A stretch of 64,000 nucleotides of DNA from a bacterium (GTDB lineage: Bacteria > UBA8248 > JACPRG01 > G963555815): contig CBDHDG010000001.1 in assembly GCA_965261595.1 (NCBI GenBank), positions 64,001-128,000 on the forward strand, in the 5' to 3' direction. The notes beneath the pieces are model-generated. The model was not told the origin of the DNA. It searched no databases and saw nothing but the letters and a program-made list of their open reading frames with translations. Both the position numbers and the translations under genes were made by a program. Positions 27,635-37,253 of the stretch are shown in pieces (within the stretch, counting starts at the first letter, position 1; every line of letters starts with the position of its first letter).

Positions 27635-28942
27635 ATGTTGAAACCCCAGAGCCGGCTGCTTTTCGGGTTCCTCTTCCCGGCGGGCCTTGCCGTCACCCTC
27701 TTTTATCTCATCCCGGCCATCCTGACGTTTCTGTTCAGCTTCACGAACATGGGATCCGAAACCGGCATTCTCGGGAAGCGGTACATCCTCTCGGGGGAGA
27801 CCCTCCGCCGACTCGAGGCGGCGGACTTCAACGCGGAGGCCGTCCGCAAGCTCGCCCGCACTGTTTTCGAATTCGACGACAGGGGCCTGGAAGCGTTACA
27901 GGCGTCGGGTCTCGATCCGGGCACGCTGCGGGAAATTCGGCGGAAGTTTTCCGGGAAAACCTATCGCTCGGAAAGGAGGCTGCTCTCCGATCTCAAGAGG
28001 CTCGAGAACCGTCCGCGTTCTCACATGGAACGAAAGAAAATATCCAAGGCCGTCGCCCGAACGATCAAGAACACGGCGTTCTCTTCCGCCGATGAGCTCC
28101 GGGCTGCCTTGCTCGGTCTCGGCATTGAATTGAGCGGGAAAGATTTCAGGACCCTGCTGGACCTCGCCAATACAAGCTGGAAATGGACGCTCGGCAACTA
28201 CAAGGAGCTTTTCGCCAGCCAGTTTTCGGCGCGGATTTTGATGAACACGCTGTTCTACGTTTTCTCGACGCTTCTCCTGTTCAACACCGGCCTCGCGCTT
28301 CTTCTGGCATTACTGACCTTCTACATCCCGCCGGGACAATCGAAATTCTTCCGGGCCATTTGGCTCATCCCCCGGATCAGCCCGTCCGTCCTCTACATCC
28401 TGGTGTGGAAATGGTTCACTTACGATAAGGGTTTCATCAGCCATTTCCTCGAACCCATGGGAGTCGGCGGCGCCAACTGGCTGATGGAATTTCCCTGGAC
28501 CTTCATCATTTTCATCAACGGATTCGTGGGCGCGAGCATGGGGCTGATCATATTTTCCAGCGCCATGCAGGCCATTCCCAGGTCCATCCTCCACGCGGCC
28601 GAGGTGGACGGGGCCTATCCGCTTCAGCAGGCCTTTCGGATCGTCCTCCCGCTGATGCGCTGGCCGATCCTGTTCATCACCAGCTACCAGACGCTGAGCC
28701 TCCTGACCTCGTGGGAATACATCCAGTTGACCACCGACGGGGGGCCGGGATTTTTCACGACCGAGGTCTGGGCGCTGCACGCTTATCATACGGCGCTGTC
28801 CAACTACTTCGGCAGCCTCCGGTACGGCTACGGCTCGACGCTGGCGGTGGTCCTGGTGTTGGTCGGCGTCGGCCTGGGGCTCGTCTATCTGCGTTTGTTC
28901 AACTTCAAGACGCTTCTTTCCGACCCGCCGATAGAGAACTGA
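27635..28942 (+). CDS. Carbohydrate ABC transporter permease with a large extracytoplasmic insertion
   Basis: TLGNY, PRISPSV, EAA-like loop HAAEVDGA, TDGGPG; ~140-aa helical insert after TM1. Confidence 0.9.
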   Translation: MLKPQSRLLFGFLFPAGLAVTLFYLIPAILTFLFSFTNMGSETGILGKRYILSGETLRRLEAADFNAEAVRKLARTVFEFDDRGLEALQASGLDPGTLREIRRKFSGKTYRSERRLLSDLKRLENRPRSHMERKKISKAVARTIKNTAFSSADELRAALLGLGIELSGKDFRTLLDLANTSWKWTLGNYKELFASQFSARILMNTLFYVFSTLLLFNTGLALLLALLTFYIPPGQSKFFRAIWLIPRISPSVLYILVWKWFTYDKGFISHFLEPMGVGGANWLMEFPWTFIIFINGFVGASMGLIIFSSAMQAIPRSILHAAEVDGAYPLQQAFRIVLPLMRWPILFITSYQTLSLLTSWEYIQLTTDGGPGFFTTEVWALHAYHTALSNYFGSLRYGYGSTLAVVLVLVGVGLGLVYLRLFNFKTLLSDPPIEN

Positions 28943-28944
28943 CG

Positions 28945-29769
28945 ATGAACCACGCGAAAAAACACCGGGGAGCGACCGTCTTCCTGGCACTTATCTCCCT
29001 GCCCATCATGATCATGTACGTCTGGTTGTTCGTGGACAGCGTCACCTTGACCGAAGACGGCGGCATCTGGCCCTCGGCGTTGACGCTGAAAAACTGGCGT
29101 TTCCTCTATCAGACCCTCGAAGGCCATGCCTCGATCTGGCCCGTCGCGCTGAACACCCTGATCTTCGCGTGCAGCGTCGTCGCGATCGTCGTCAGCCTTT
29201 CCGCCACGGCCGGGTACGCCCTCTCCCGCCTGAAGTGGCGCTTTCGCGGTCCCGTCCTCGGCGGCGTTCTTCTCCTTCACGCCTTTCCGAGCATCACCCT
29301 CATCATCGCCATCTTCGTCATGCTCCAGGCCCTCCATCTCTACAACACGCTGATCGGCGTGATCCTCGTCAAGGCCTCCCTGGAATTGCCGCTGGGGATC
29401 TGGGTCATGAAGGGGTTTTACGATTCGGTCCCCTGGGAGATCGAGATGGCCGGCCTCCAGGACGGCGCCAGCCGTTTCCAGGTTTGGCGAAAGCTCATCC
29501 TGCCGCAGATTCGGCCCGGCATCGCCGCCTTATCGATCTTTTCCTTCATCGCCGGCTGGAGTGAATACGTCCTGCCCCTGATCCTCGCGCCGAGCGCCGG
29601 CGTTCAAACCCTCTCCGTTTATCTCGCGGGCCTGTTGCAGGACAATTACCTGTCCGACTTCGGCCTGTTCAAAGCGGTCGGGATTTTCTACATCGCCCCG
29701 GTCCTGATCTTCTATCTGTTCACGCAGGAAAAACTCATGCACATCTACGCCGGAGGGACGAAAGGCTGA
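28945..29769 (+). CDS. Carbohydrate ABC transporter permease
   Basis: AGYALSR, HAFPS, MKGFYDSVPWEIEMAGLQDGASR, PGIAA. Confidence 0.92.
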   Translation: MNHAKKHRGATVFLALISLPIMIMYVWLFVDSVTLTEDGGIWPSALTLKNWRFLYQTLEGHASIWPVALNTLIFACSVVAIVVSLSATAGYALSRLKWRFRGPVLGGVLLLHAFPSITLIIAIFVMLQALHLYNTLIGVILVKASLELPLGIWVMKGFYDSVPWEIEMAGLQDGASRFQVWRKLILPQIRPGIAALSIFSFIAGWSEYVLPLILAPSAGVQTLSVYLAGLLQDNYLSDFGLFKAVGIFYIAPVLIFYLFTQEKLMHIYAGGTKG

Positions 29770-30848
29770 TGCGCATTCTCCTGGAAGGCGTCTCCAAATC
29801 CTTCGGCGCGACGCCCGTCATCGAAAACCTGGACCTGGAGGTGCGCGACGGGGAAATGATGGCCCTGCTGGGTCCCTCGGGCTGCGGCAAGACGACGACC
29901 CTCCTGTCCATCTGCGGCATCCACCGGATCTCGGCGGGCCGAATCCTGTTCGGCGAGCGCGAGGTCGGCGATTGGCCGCCCCAACGGCGCAACGTGGGCG
30001 TCGTCTTTCAGAACTACGCCCTCTACCCGCATCTCACGGTCTATGAAAACATCGCCTTCCCTTTGCGCGTCCGAAAGGAAAGCCACCGGGAGATCGACGC
30101 GAAGATCACCGGCATCGTTTCCATCCTGCGGGTCGGCGAGCTCCTGGACCGCCGCCCCGCCCAGCTCTCCGGCGGCCAGCAGCAGCGCGTCGCCCTGGCG
30201 CGCGCCCTGGTTCGGAACCCCGATGTTCTGCTAATGGATGAGCCCCTCGTCAATCTCGACGCCGGCCTTCGTCTCGATATGCGGAGCGAGATCCGGCGGA
30301 TCCAGCGGGAGACGGGGATCACCGCGATTCTGGTGACGCACGATCAAGCCGAGGCCATGAGCATGTGCGACCGGATCGCGTTGATGCATGAGGGGAAGAT
30401 CCAGCAAGAGGACGCGCCCAAAGAAATGTACGAGCGGCCGGTGAACGTGTTCGTCGCGGGTTTCCTCGGCTCTCCCCCCATCTCTTTTTACGAGGGAAAG
30501 ATCGCGGAAGGCCGCTTCGAGGGGCGGGGGGGGAGGGGGGGGGGCTCGATAAGCTTCGAATTGTCCGATCCCATCCGCCGCGCCGCCGGGGTTTCGGAAC
30601 AGAAAGCGACCCTCGGCATACGGCCCGAAAACTTCCAACCCGGGTTCGGCCTGACGGTCGAAGGCGAAGTCGCTGTCGTCGAGCCGGCGGGCCGTGAAAC
30701 GGTTTTCAGCGTCAGGCTCGGGGACGGACAAACCCTGCGCTCAATCCAGAACGGCAGCCCGAGCGTCCATCCCGGCGACAGGGTCCATTGGGGGATCGAA
30801 AGAGAGGCCCTCTTGTTTTTCGATGATCGGGGCCGCCGGATCGGTTAG
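29769..30848 (+). CDS. ABC transporter ATP-binding protein (MalK/UgpC-like)
   Basis: GPSGCGKTT, VFQNYALYPH, LSGGQQQRVALAR, LLMDEP, VTHDQ. Confidence 0.96.
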   Translation: MRILLEGVSKSFGATPVIENLDLEVRDGEMMALLGPSGCGKTTTLLSICGIHRISAGRILFGEREVGDWPPQRRNVGVVFQNYALYPHLTVYENIAFPLRVRKESHREIDAKITGIVSILRVGELLDRRPAQLSGGQQQRVALARALVRNPDVLLMDEPLVNLDAGLRLDMRSEIRRIQRETGITAILVTHDQAEAMSMCDRIALMHEGKIQQEDAPKEMYERPVNVFVAGFLGSPPISFYEGKIAEGRFEGRGGRGGGSISFELSDPIRRAAGVSEQKATLGIRPENFQPGFGLTVEGEVAVVEPAGRETVFSVRLGDGQTLRSIQNGSPSVHPGDRVHWGIEREALLFFDDRGRRIG

Positions 30849-30919
30849 TGAGGATGGCATAAATAATGTCCTACACATAGCGGCTCACCAAAGTATCCGG
30901 AGGATTCCCTCACACCTCT

Positions 30920-30995
30920 GGGGCGGGTGCGGAGCCCCGCCCCTACACGCAATTCTGCAATAGACATGTAGAGGCCGGGCTCTGTGCCGGCCTCT
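30920..30995. repeat. Inverted pair of GTAG-type REP-like palindromes
   Basis: Reverse complement of 30920-30946 is gtaggggcggggctccgcacccgcccc; 30968-30995 is gtagaggccgggctctgtgccggcctct. Confidence 0.6.
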
Positions 30996-31029
30996 TCTCG
31001 GCAGACGCAGATAGCCAATAATAATAAAA

Positions 31030-31929
31030 GGGGATTATAAAGGTTTTGACACTAATTGAGTGAGATGTTGGACCACCAGGGGAAAGAGATCCTGGTGTCG
31101 GTGATTGTAACGGAATTCCATCTCCTTCAGGTAGAGGGGGAACCGCTCTTTGGACACCCCATGATGTTTGATGAGCCTCTCCTTGGCGTAGGCCCAAAAG
31201 CCTTCCAGGCCGTTGATGTGCACTTTGCCCCGACTGAAGCGCCGATCATGATCCACCCGCAAGTGGCGATAGCCGCAGAACATCAGGGCGTCATAGACCC
31301 GGTAGCGGTCGGTGTAGACCACGCTGCCCCGACGGACCAACTTCACGGTGGAGGCCAAAAGGGTCTGGGCCTTGACGTTGCCGACCGCCTCCACCTTCAC
31401 CCGGCCGCCCCGCTCCAATATGCCGAAAACAGGGACTTTACCCGCTGCGCCTCGGCCTCTCTTGCCCTTGCGCTTGCCCCCGAAGTAGGCCTCGTCCGCC
31501 TCCACCTCCCCTCGAAGAAGCTCCTGTCCCCCCGGCGTGCCGGCCACAAGACTGCGCCTGAGCGTCGTCACGGCCCGCAGCGCTGTCGGATAGCTCACGG
31601 CGAGTTGCTGGGCCATCTTGCGGGCCGAGACCTCCAGCTCAAAGAGCTTCACCACCCAAAGCCACTGCCGGGCCGAGAGGCGAAGTTGGCCCAGCCAGCG
31701 GCCCGTGAACGGCCCGAAGGTGTACCGACACCCAGCGCAGCGAAAGCGCCCCCGCGTGCCCAAAACGTAGCGTTTTCGACCCTCACAACGAGGGCAGATT
31801 TTACGCCCGTTTTTCTGACACGCCATGAGCAGATGGCGTCTCGCTGTAGCTTCCGATTTTACAAGGACTTCAAAGCTCTTCAGGTCCACGACACCAGCCT
31901 AATCCGGTGTCATATCTTTTACAATCGCC
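31030..31929 (-). mobile_element. IS1595-family insertion sequence (900 bp) with an 8-bp target duplication
   Basis: Imperfect TIRs ggggattataaaggttttgacact / ggcgattgtaaaagatatgacacc (18/24); TAATAAAA at 31022-31029 and 31930-31937. Confidence 0.93.
31035..31889 (-). CDS. IS1595-family transposase
   Basis: Zn ribbon CPRC...CAGC, HTH, VEADEAYFGG, GSVVYTD, HINGLEGFW, YLKEMEFRYN. Confidence 0.95.
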   Translation of the reverse strand: MDLKSFEVLVKSEATARRHLLMACQKNGRKICPRCEGRKRYVLGTRGRFRCAGCRYTFGPFTGRWLGQLRLSARQWLWVVKLFELEVSARKMAQQLAVSYPTALRAVTTLRRSLVAGTPGGQELLRGEVEADEAYFGGKRKGKRGRGAAGKVPVFGILERGGRVKVEAVGNVKAQTLLASTVKLVRRGSVVYTDRYRVYDALMFCGYRHLRVDHDRRFSRGKVHINGLEGFWAYAKERLIKHHGVSKERFPLYLKEMEFRYNHRHQDLFPLVVQHLTQLVSKPL

Positions 31930-31977
31930 TAATAAAAAGATCAATAGCCGGGATTCCCCGAAAAAAGCCCCTTCGGG

Positions 31978-33051
31978 TCACGAAAGCTTCGCCGCGAGCC
32001 AGTCCGCCATTTTGGGCCGCTCGATGTGGGCCACGTGGTGGACGCCGTGAATCCCGTCTTTGATCAGGACCAGCTCGGTCTCCCCGCCGGTCTCGTCCGC
32101 CACCTGCTTGAGCCCGCTCCGCCGGCATGATCGCGTCCCGCTCACCATGCAGGATGTAGTAGGGGCACTTGAGGTTTTTCAAGACCCCCGCGAGGGTGAA
32201 GGATTTGAGATAGTCCGCCGCCTCATCCCAGCTCCCGGCCTTCGTCACGAACTGAAAACCGTCCTTGATGACGGCCGGCATGGCCTCCCAGTTCCTGAAG
32301 TCGTAAAAGGCCCCGTAGGAAACGCACGCGCGGAAGCGCGGCTCATGGGCGGCGCAGAGCGGGGCGTAATAACCGCCCAGGCTCCTGCCCAGGACCCCCA
32401 CCCGCTCTCCGTCGATCTCCGGCCGGGTCAGGAGGTGGTCCAGGACCGCAATCGCCGTCCGCTCGAAACCGGGTTGCATGGGCAGGTCGATGTGGACATC
32501 TCCCTGTCCCGGACCGTCATAGGCGAAGGTGGCGATCCCCCGGCGGAGGCAAAGGTTCTCAAACAGGTAGCTTTCCTCCTTCGTGCTTTCGAGTCCGCCG
32601 ATGAGGACGACGCAAGGTACCTTCGGCCGGCCGACGGGCAGCTCAGGCACCCCGGCAGGACGGTCCCTTCGTAGGGGATCTCGACCCACTCGGCGGGGGG
32701 GAGCAGGAGGGGCGCCGCCCGCCTGTAGAGATTTACCTTCCGGCGCTGGGCGGCGTTTTTCTTCTCCGGGTCGTGCCAGAAGAGAAATTGGCCGTAATGG
32801 ACGTGGAGGCCGGCCATCCAAAGCTCCTCCCCAGCGGTCACCCGGGCCCCGCCTTTCAGGGCCTCCTCGCCCCGGGCCTCATGCCGGTCCGCCAGCTCGC
32901 ACCAGACATCGAGCCAGTCCTCCCACGTCCGGGTCTTGGACCGCATCTCAACCAGGTCGTTGTGGTTGACGCCATCGGACAAAAACCGCGCGGTGTAGTA
33001 GTCCCACAACTTGGAGGCGTCGTATTTATCCGAAACAACATATTCGACCAT
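31978..33051 (-). pseudogene. Alpha/beta hydrolase (2,6-dihydroxypseudooxynicotine hydrolase/FrsA-like) with two frameshifts
   Basis: Frame 1 ends ...VEIPYEGTVLPG (~32645); frame 2 has GGLESTKEE, DGPGQG, GRSLGG, HGERD; frame 3 (~32115) ELVLIKDGIHGVHH...MADWLAAKLS*. Confidence 0.85.
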
Positions 33052-33336
33052 GCTGGATCACTCCTGAGAACGAGACACTGCCTTTCACGCGATGGATTCA
33101 CCTGCGCCGCTTTGTCTTCTCGCCGACCGCACGAAATCCACCGCCTATCTTATCCGGATTTTTTTCCCGGAGGATAACCGAAATCTTGCGTGGCTTCTCG
33201 TGTCGGGGAAATGGTGACACGTATGATTCAGCAGCGCCGTCGGCGGTTTCGCCCCCACCCACAGCATGTTTCCCCCGCTCTAGGGTTTTGTTGGACACTC
33301 GATTGATCCATGATTCATGGAGAAAGGGGTGTCGTG

Positions 33337-33723
33337 ATGAACGAACAAAAGCAAGAGGGGGCTTTGGCGGAGGGCGCCCGTAGGGCGAACGGAGCCAAGG
33401 CCCCAGGGCATCGCAGTGAGCGGGGTCGGTTCTCCTGCCAGCGCAAGCGGGAGGCGGTCCTGCGTCTTTTGCGGGGCGAGAGCCTGGAGACGCTCTGCCG
33501 CGAGTTGGGCACGACAGCGGCTCGGCTTTCCGCCTGGCGCGAGGCGTTCCTTCGCGGGGGCGAGGCGGCGCTCAAAGCCCGCCCGGCGGATGAGCGGGCC
33601 GAGGAGAACGCCCGGCTCAAGGCCAAGGTGGGCGAACTCACGATGGAGGGCGAGGTCCTGCGGGAGAAGATCGACCGCCTGGAGGCCGGCCGCCCTTTAG
33701 CCGGCAGGAGGTGGAGGCGATGA
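33337..33723 (+). CDS. IS3-family transposase OrfA
   Basis: Same protein as the copy 1 OrfA. Confidence 0.9.
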   Translation: MNEQKQEGALAEGARRANGAKAPGHRSERGRFSCQRKREAVLRLLRGESLETLCRELGTTAARLSAWREAFLRGGEAALKARPADERAEENARLKAKVGELTMEGEVLREKIDRLEAGRPLAGRRWRR

Positions 33724-34628
33724 GTCAGGCCCGCTTCACCTCCACGGGCAGAGCCTACGGCCTGAAGCGGGTGTGCGCCCTTTGGGGCTTGGCGCGCTCC
33801 ACGGTCTACGCGCAACGGCGGCGAGAGGCGGTCCCCGTTCATGAACGCCCCACGCCCAATAAGCGCGGCCCTGTGGGCCCGTGCACCGATGCGGAACTCC
33901 TCGGCCACATCCGGCAGGTCCTGGAGGACTCTCCCTTCCATGGCGAGGGCTACCGCAAGGTGTGGGCGAGGCTGCGCTTCGCGGGCATCCGCACCAGCAA
34001 GGAGCGGGTGCGTCGCCTGATGCGGGAGGCGGGGCTTCAGGCCCCCCACCGGGTGGGCAAACCCCGAGGTCCCAAGGCCCACAACGGGACCATCCGCACC
34101 GAGCGGCCCGACCGAATGTGGGGCACGCACATGACGACGACGGTGACCACCGAGGAGGGGATGGCCTCGGTGTTCGTGGCGGTGGATCACTGCTCGGTGG
34201 ACTGCGTGGGGATCCATGCGGCCAAGAGCGGCAACCGCTTCGAGGCCCTGGAGCCGATCCGGCAGGGGGTCGCCGAGCGCTTCGCCGGCTTGGAGGCGGA
34301 CGTCGCCGAGGGGCTTAAAGTTCGTCACGACCACGGCCCCGCCTATCTGTCCGATGACTTTCAGCGGGAGATCGCCTACCTGGGCATGACCAGTTCGCCC
34401 AGCTTCGTGCGGGCGCCCGAGGGAAATGGCTACTGTGAGTGGTTCATCCGCATCTTGAAGGAGAATCTCCTGTGGGTGCGCTCTTTCGCCACCGTAGAGG
34501 AACTGCGGTGGGCGCTGCTTGAGTTCAAGAACCTGTACAACCATCATTGGATTCTCGAGGGCTACGGCTACCGAACGCCGGCCCAGGCAAGGCAGGAAAA
34601 ACTCGCTCAAGTTGCGGAGGCCGCATGA
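33720..34628 (+). CDS. IS3-family transposase OrfB (first catalytic Asp replaced by His)
   Basis: WGTHMTT here vs WGTDMTT in copy 1 (codon 34128-34130, CAC). Confidence 0.9.
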   Translation: MSQARFTSTGRAYGLKRVCALWGLARSTVYAQRRREAVPVHERPTPNKRGPVGPCTDAELLGHIRQVLEDSPFHGEGYRKVWARLRFAGIRTSKERVRRLMREAGLQAPHRVGKPRGPKAHNGTIRTERPDRMWGTHMTTTVTTEEGMASVFVAVDHCSVDCVGIHAAKSGNRFEALEPIRQGVAERFAGLEADVAEGLKVRHDHGPAYLSDDFQREIAYLGMTSSPSFVRAPEGNGYCEWFIRILKENLLWVRSFATVEELRWALLEFKNLYNHHWILEGYGYRTPAQARQEKLAQVAEAA

Positions 34629-34674
34629 GGTCGAATACCCTCACCCGAGTGTCCAATAACCCAGGGGCGGTCCA

Positions 34675-35121
34675 TGTTCGACGTATGGCTGGTCTTTCTT
34701 TTCGGGTTCGCGGGGTACGTCTTCCGCAAGCTCGACTACCCCCTAGAACCCTTGGTCCTGGCCCACGGCGGAGGAGCGCTTCCTTTCCTGATCGGCCGCC
34801 TCAACCTGGGTTACTACGCGCCCAAATATGAATTCAATACCGACTGCCAAAAAAACATCTCGCCCCCCCCCTGGGGAGTTCATCAAACAGCTTTATTTCG
34901 ACTCACTGGTCTCCAGCGGCGAATCCCTCCGGTTCCTGGTTGAGCTCGTCGGCGCGGATCGGGTGATGCTCGGGACGGACTTTCCCTTCGAAGTCGGCGA
35001 TTCGGAAGGGAAGGTGACGCTTCCGGTCGTCAACGAAATACCCGAGGCCGATCGGGGGAAAATCCTGTCGGGAAACGCGGCGGCGCTCCTGGCGGACGCG
35101 GGCGGCGGGAATAGCCATTGA
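34675..35121 (+). pseudogene. Chimeric relic: TctA permease fragment fused to an amidohydrolase_2 (ACMSD/LigW-like) C-terminus
   Basis: MFDVWLVFLFGFAGYVFRKLDYPLEPLVLA (TctA-like) joined to HGGGALPFLIGRL; then a frameshift to LYFDSLV...VGADRVMLGTDFPF...ILSGNA. Confidence 0.75.
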
Positions 35122-35163
35122 CATCCACCGATTTCCCAAGCCATTATAGTTGTCAGGCCAATT
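35118..35163 (+). promoter_or_regulatory. Sigma70 promoter plus FadR/PdhR-type operator upstream of the GntR gene
   Basis: TTGACA (35118) N18 CATTAT; AGTTGTCAGGCCAATT (35148-35163) resembles FadR-subfamily TGGT-N3-ACCA boxes. Confidence 0.55.
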
Positions 35164-35226
35164 CTCTGAGTGCTTGGCAGGACCCCCTGTCCGCCCCAAC
35201 CGGGCGGCGCGCAAGGTGCCCTTAGC

Positions 35227-36060
35227 TTGCAGCTTCAGGAAATCAAGAAGAGCCGGGTGTACGAGACCATCGTCACGCAGGTCCAAGACCTGATTGTCCG
35301 GGGGGACCTGAAAAACGGCGACCGCCTCCCGCCCGAAAGAGACCTCGTCGCGGCCTTCGGCGTGAGCCGGGCGTCGGTGAGAGAGGGCATCTGCGTCCTG
35401 GAATCCCTGGGGCTTGTGGAAAGCCGGGCGGGCAGCGGGACGTACGTCACGACGGCCAGCGTCGAGAACCTCATCCAGCCCCTTGCGCTCACCATCCTTC
35501 AGGAGCAGGACAGCATCCGGGAGATCTTCGAGGTCCGCCGGCTCATCGAGCCTCATCTGGCGGCTCTGGCAGCCGAGCGGGCGACGGAGGACGAAAGACA
35601 GGAGCTTCGGGCCATCGTTGAGCGCCACGGCGAGATACTGGACCGCGGCGAGACCGGGGCCGAGGCCGATGGGGAATTCCACCTCGCCATCGCCCGGGCG
35701 GCCCGCAACGCCGTGTTCCTGCGGCTGATCTTCGGCGTCCATGACCTTTTGCGGAAAAGCCGGGACCCCCGGTTTCAGACCGGCGGACGGCCGAAACAAT
35801 CCCTGAACGGCCACCTGGAAGTCCTGACGGCCATTGAGCGCGGCGACAGTGAGGGCGCACGCGGCGCCATGAACGCCCACTTGGCGACTGTGGAAGAATT
35901 CGTCTGGAAAAACATGCGGAAAGAGACCTCCGTGGCCGGAGGTCGGATTGGCCGGGCGGGCGTACCCCTGGCTCGGGCGGCCTCCGGGGCTCGCGCCGGG
36001 ACCAACAGAGGCCGGACCCGAGGGAGCGGCGCTGGACCGAGAGCAAAAAGAAAGGGTTGA
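35227..36060 (+). CDS. GntR/FadR-family transcriptional regulator
   Basis: GDRLPPERDL...GVSRASVRE...GLVE..GSGTYV, EVRRLIE, DGEFHLAIA..A.N, H..V..AI..GD; start uncertain (TTG 35227). Confidence 0.95.
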   Translation: MQLQEIKKSRVYETIVTQVQDLIVRGDLKNGDRLPPERDLVAAFGVSRASVREGICVLESLGLVESRAGSGTYVTTASVENLIQPLALTILQEQDSIREIFEVRRLIEPHLAALAAERATEDERQELRAIVERHGEILDRGETGAEADGEFHLAIARAARNAVFLRLIFGVHDLLRKSRDPRFQTGGRPKQSLNGHLEVLTAIERGDSEGARGAMNAHLATVEEFVWKNMRKETSVAGGRIGRAGVPLARAASGARAGTNRGRTRGSGAGPRAKRKG

Positions 36061-36107
36061 ACTCAAATGTCTGATCGAAACGCGGTAGCGCAACGGGAGA
36101 AGAGAGA

Positions 36108-37253
36108 ATGAGCATCGTCGCAGTCGAGATCGTCTACCGCGGCATCTTCCAGAAGCAGCTGGCCGGTAAGCTCAGCCGCTGCCTGGTCTTCGCAGCGCGG
36201 AAGGCGGGAAAGGTCGGAATCTCTTTCGGCCGTTACGGAGACTCTCCGGAGCGGAACGGGATACCGGCCAAGCAGTTCGCTTACATCGCGGACTCGCCCG
36301 AGGAACTGGAAGAGGTGGCCGCGCAGTACGAGCCCAAGTCGGTGGACGTGTCCATCGTGGCGGATGACACCCTGTGCAAGGGCGTCGAGTGCTGGGGGTG
36401 GTACGGTCTTCAGCCCATCAACGCCCTGACGAAAGAGAACGGCGTCCTGATCGTCACCTCCAAGAAAAAGCCCGAGGAACTCGTTCCGCACATTCACAAG
36501 AAGGACACGCCCTACCAGATCTGCGTCCTGGACGGCGAAGCCAGCTTCGCGGGCCTGTGGGTCTACAAAGATGACCACACCGACGCACGGATCCTGGGCG
36601 CCTTGGCGAAGGTCTGCCCCCAGCTTGCTGGCCTGACGGCCATGGAAGAGACCATCCGCGAGAACCTCAAGGATGAGGACGCCCTGGTGGAATCGGCCCG
36701 CTCCTCCCATGAGGACGCGAGCCTGACAACGGTCGATCCCGGAGAAGGCGAGCAGGAAGAACCCTTCAAGTTCGACTTGCCCGGCTGGAAGACCATGGAG
36801 GAGGGCCTGGTGGTCCGGGGAATCGATGTCGGCGGAGGCTTCCACGGCGAAGAGGGGGGCTACCAGCCCGGCCGCAACCCCTACTTCAAGAAGTGGAGCA
36901 CGCGCACCATGCGGCCGGTGGTCAACTTCGAGACGTGCACCAAGTGCACACTGTGCTGGATCGCCTGCCCGGATTCGTGCTTCGACGTCACACCCGAGCA
37001 CTACTACGACGCCAACATGGAATCCTGCTGCGGCTGCGGCGTCTGCGAGCAGATCTGTCCGGTGAAGGATTGCATCGTGATGGTCAACGAGACGGTCTTC
37101 ACCGACCGGGACAGCCAGTTCGAGATGTTCAAGGAGAACAAGGAAGAGTACGAGACGTGGCGGGCCGATGTGGTGGACGCGGGCCGCGTCGAAAACCGCA
37201 ACCCCGTGACCGGGTTCTCGCCGGCTTTTGGAGGACTTCCCCATGGCGCCTGA
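36108..37253 (+). CDS. 2-oxoacid:ferredoxin oxidoreductase fused gamma/delta subunit (OOR-like)
   Basis: Gamma-like N-terminus (RYGDSPER); WSTRTMRPVV, CTKCTLCWIACP and CCGCGVCEQICP for two [4Fe-4S] clusters. Confidence 0.9.
   Translation: MSIVAVEIVYRGIFQKQLAGKLSRCLVFAARKAGKVGISFGRYGDSPERNGIPAKQFAYIADSPEELEEVAAQYEPKSVDVSIVADDTLCKGVECWGWYGLQPINALTKENGVLIVTSKKKPEELVPHIHKKDTPYQICVLDGEASFAGLWVYKDDHTDARILGALAKVCPQLAGLTAMEETIRENLKDEDALVESARSSHEDASLTTVDPGEGEQEEPFKFDLPGWKTMEEGLVVRGIDVGGGFHGEEGGYQPGRNPYFKKWSTRTMRPVVNFETCTKCTLCWIACPDSCFDVTPEHYYDANMESCCGCGVCEQICPVKDCIVMVNETVFTDRDSQFEMFKENKEEYETWRADVVDAGRVENRNPVTGFSPAFGGLPHGA

Larger units (their letters stand above)
33271..34674 (+). mobile_element. IS3-family insertion sequence, copy 2 (1404 bp; 4-bp target duplication TGTT)
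   Basis: tgtt|tcccccgctctagg...ccaggggcggtcca|tgtt; near-identical to copy 1. Confidence 0.93.

Noticed and set aside
11324..34674. Composite transposon bounded by the two IS3 copies
   Set aside because: Copy 2 has its own TGTT duplication inside a tctA relic, and the outer flanks (ggat/tgtt) do not match, so the insertions are independent
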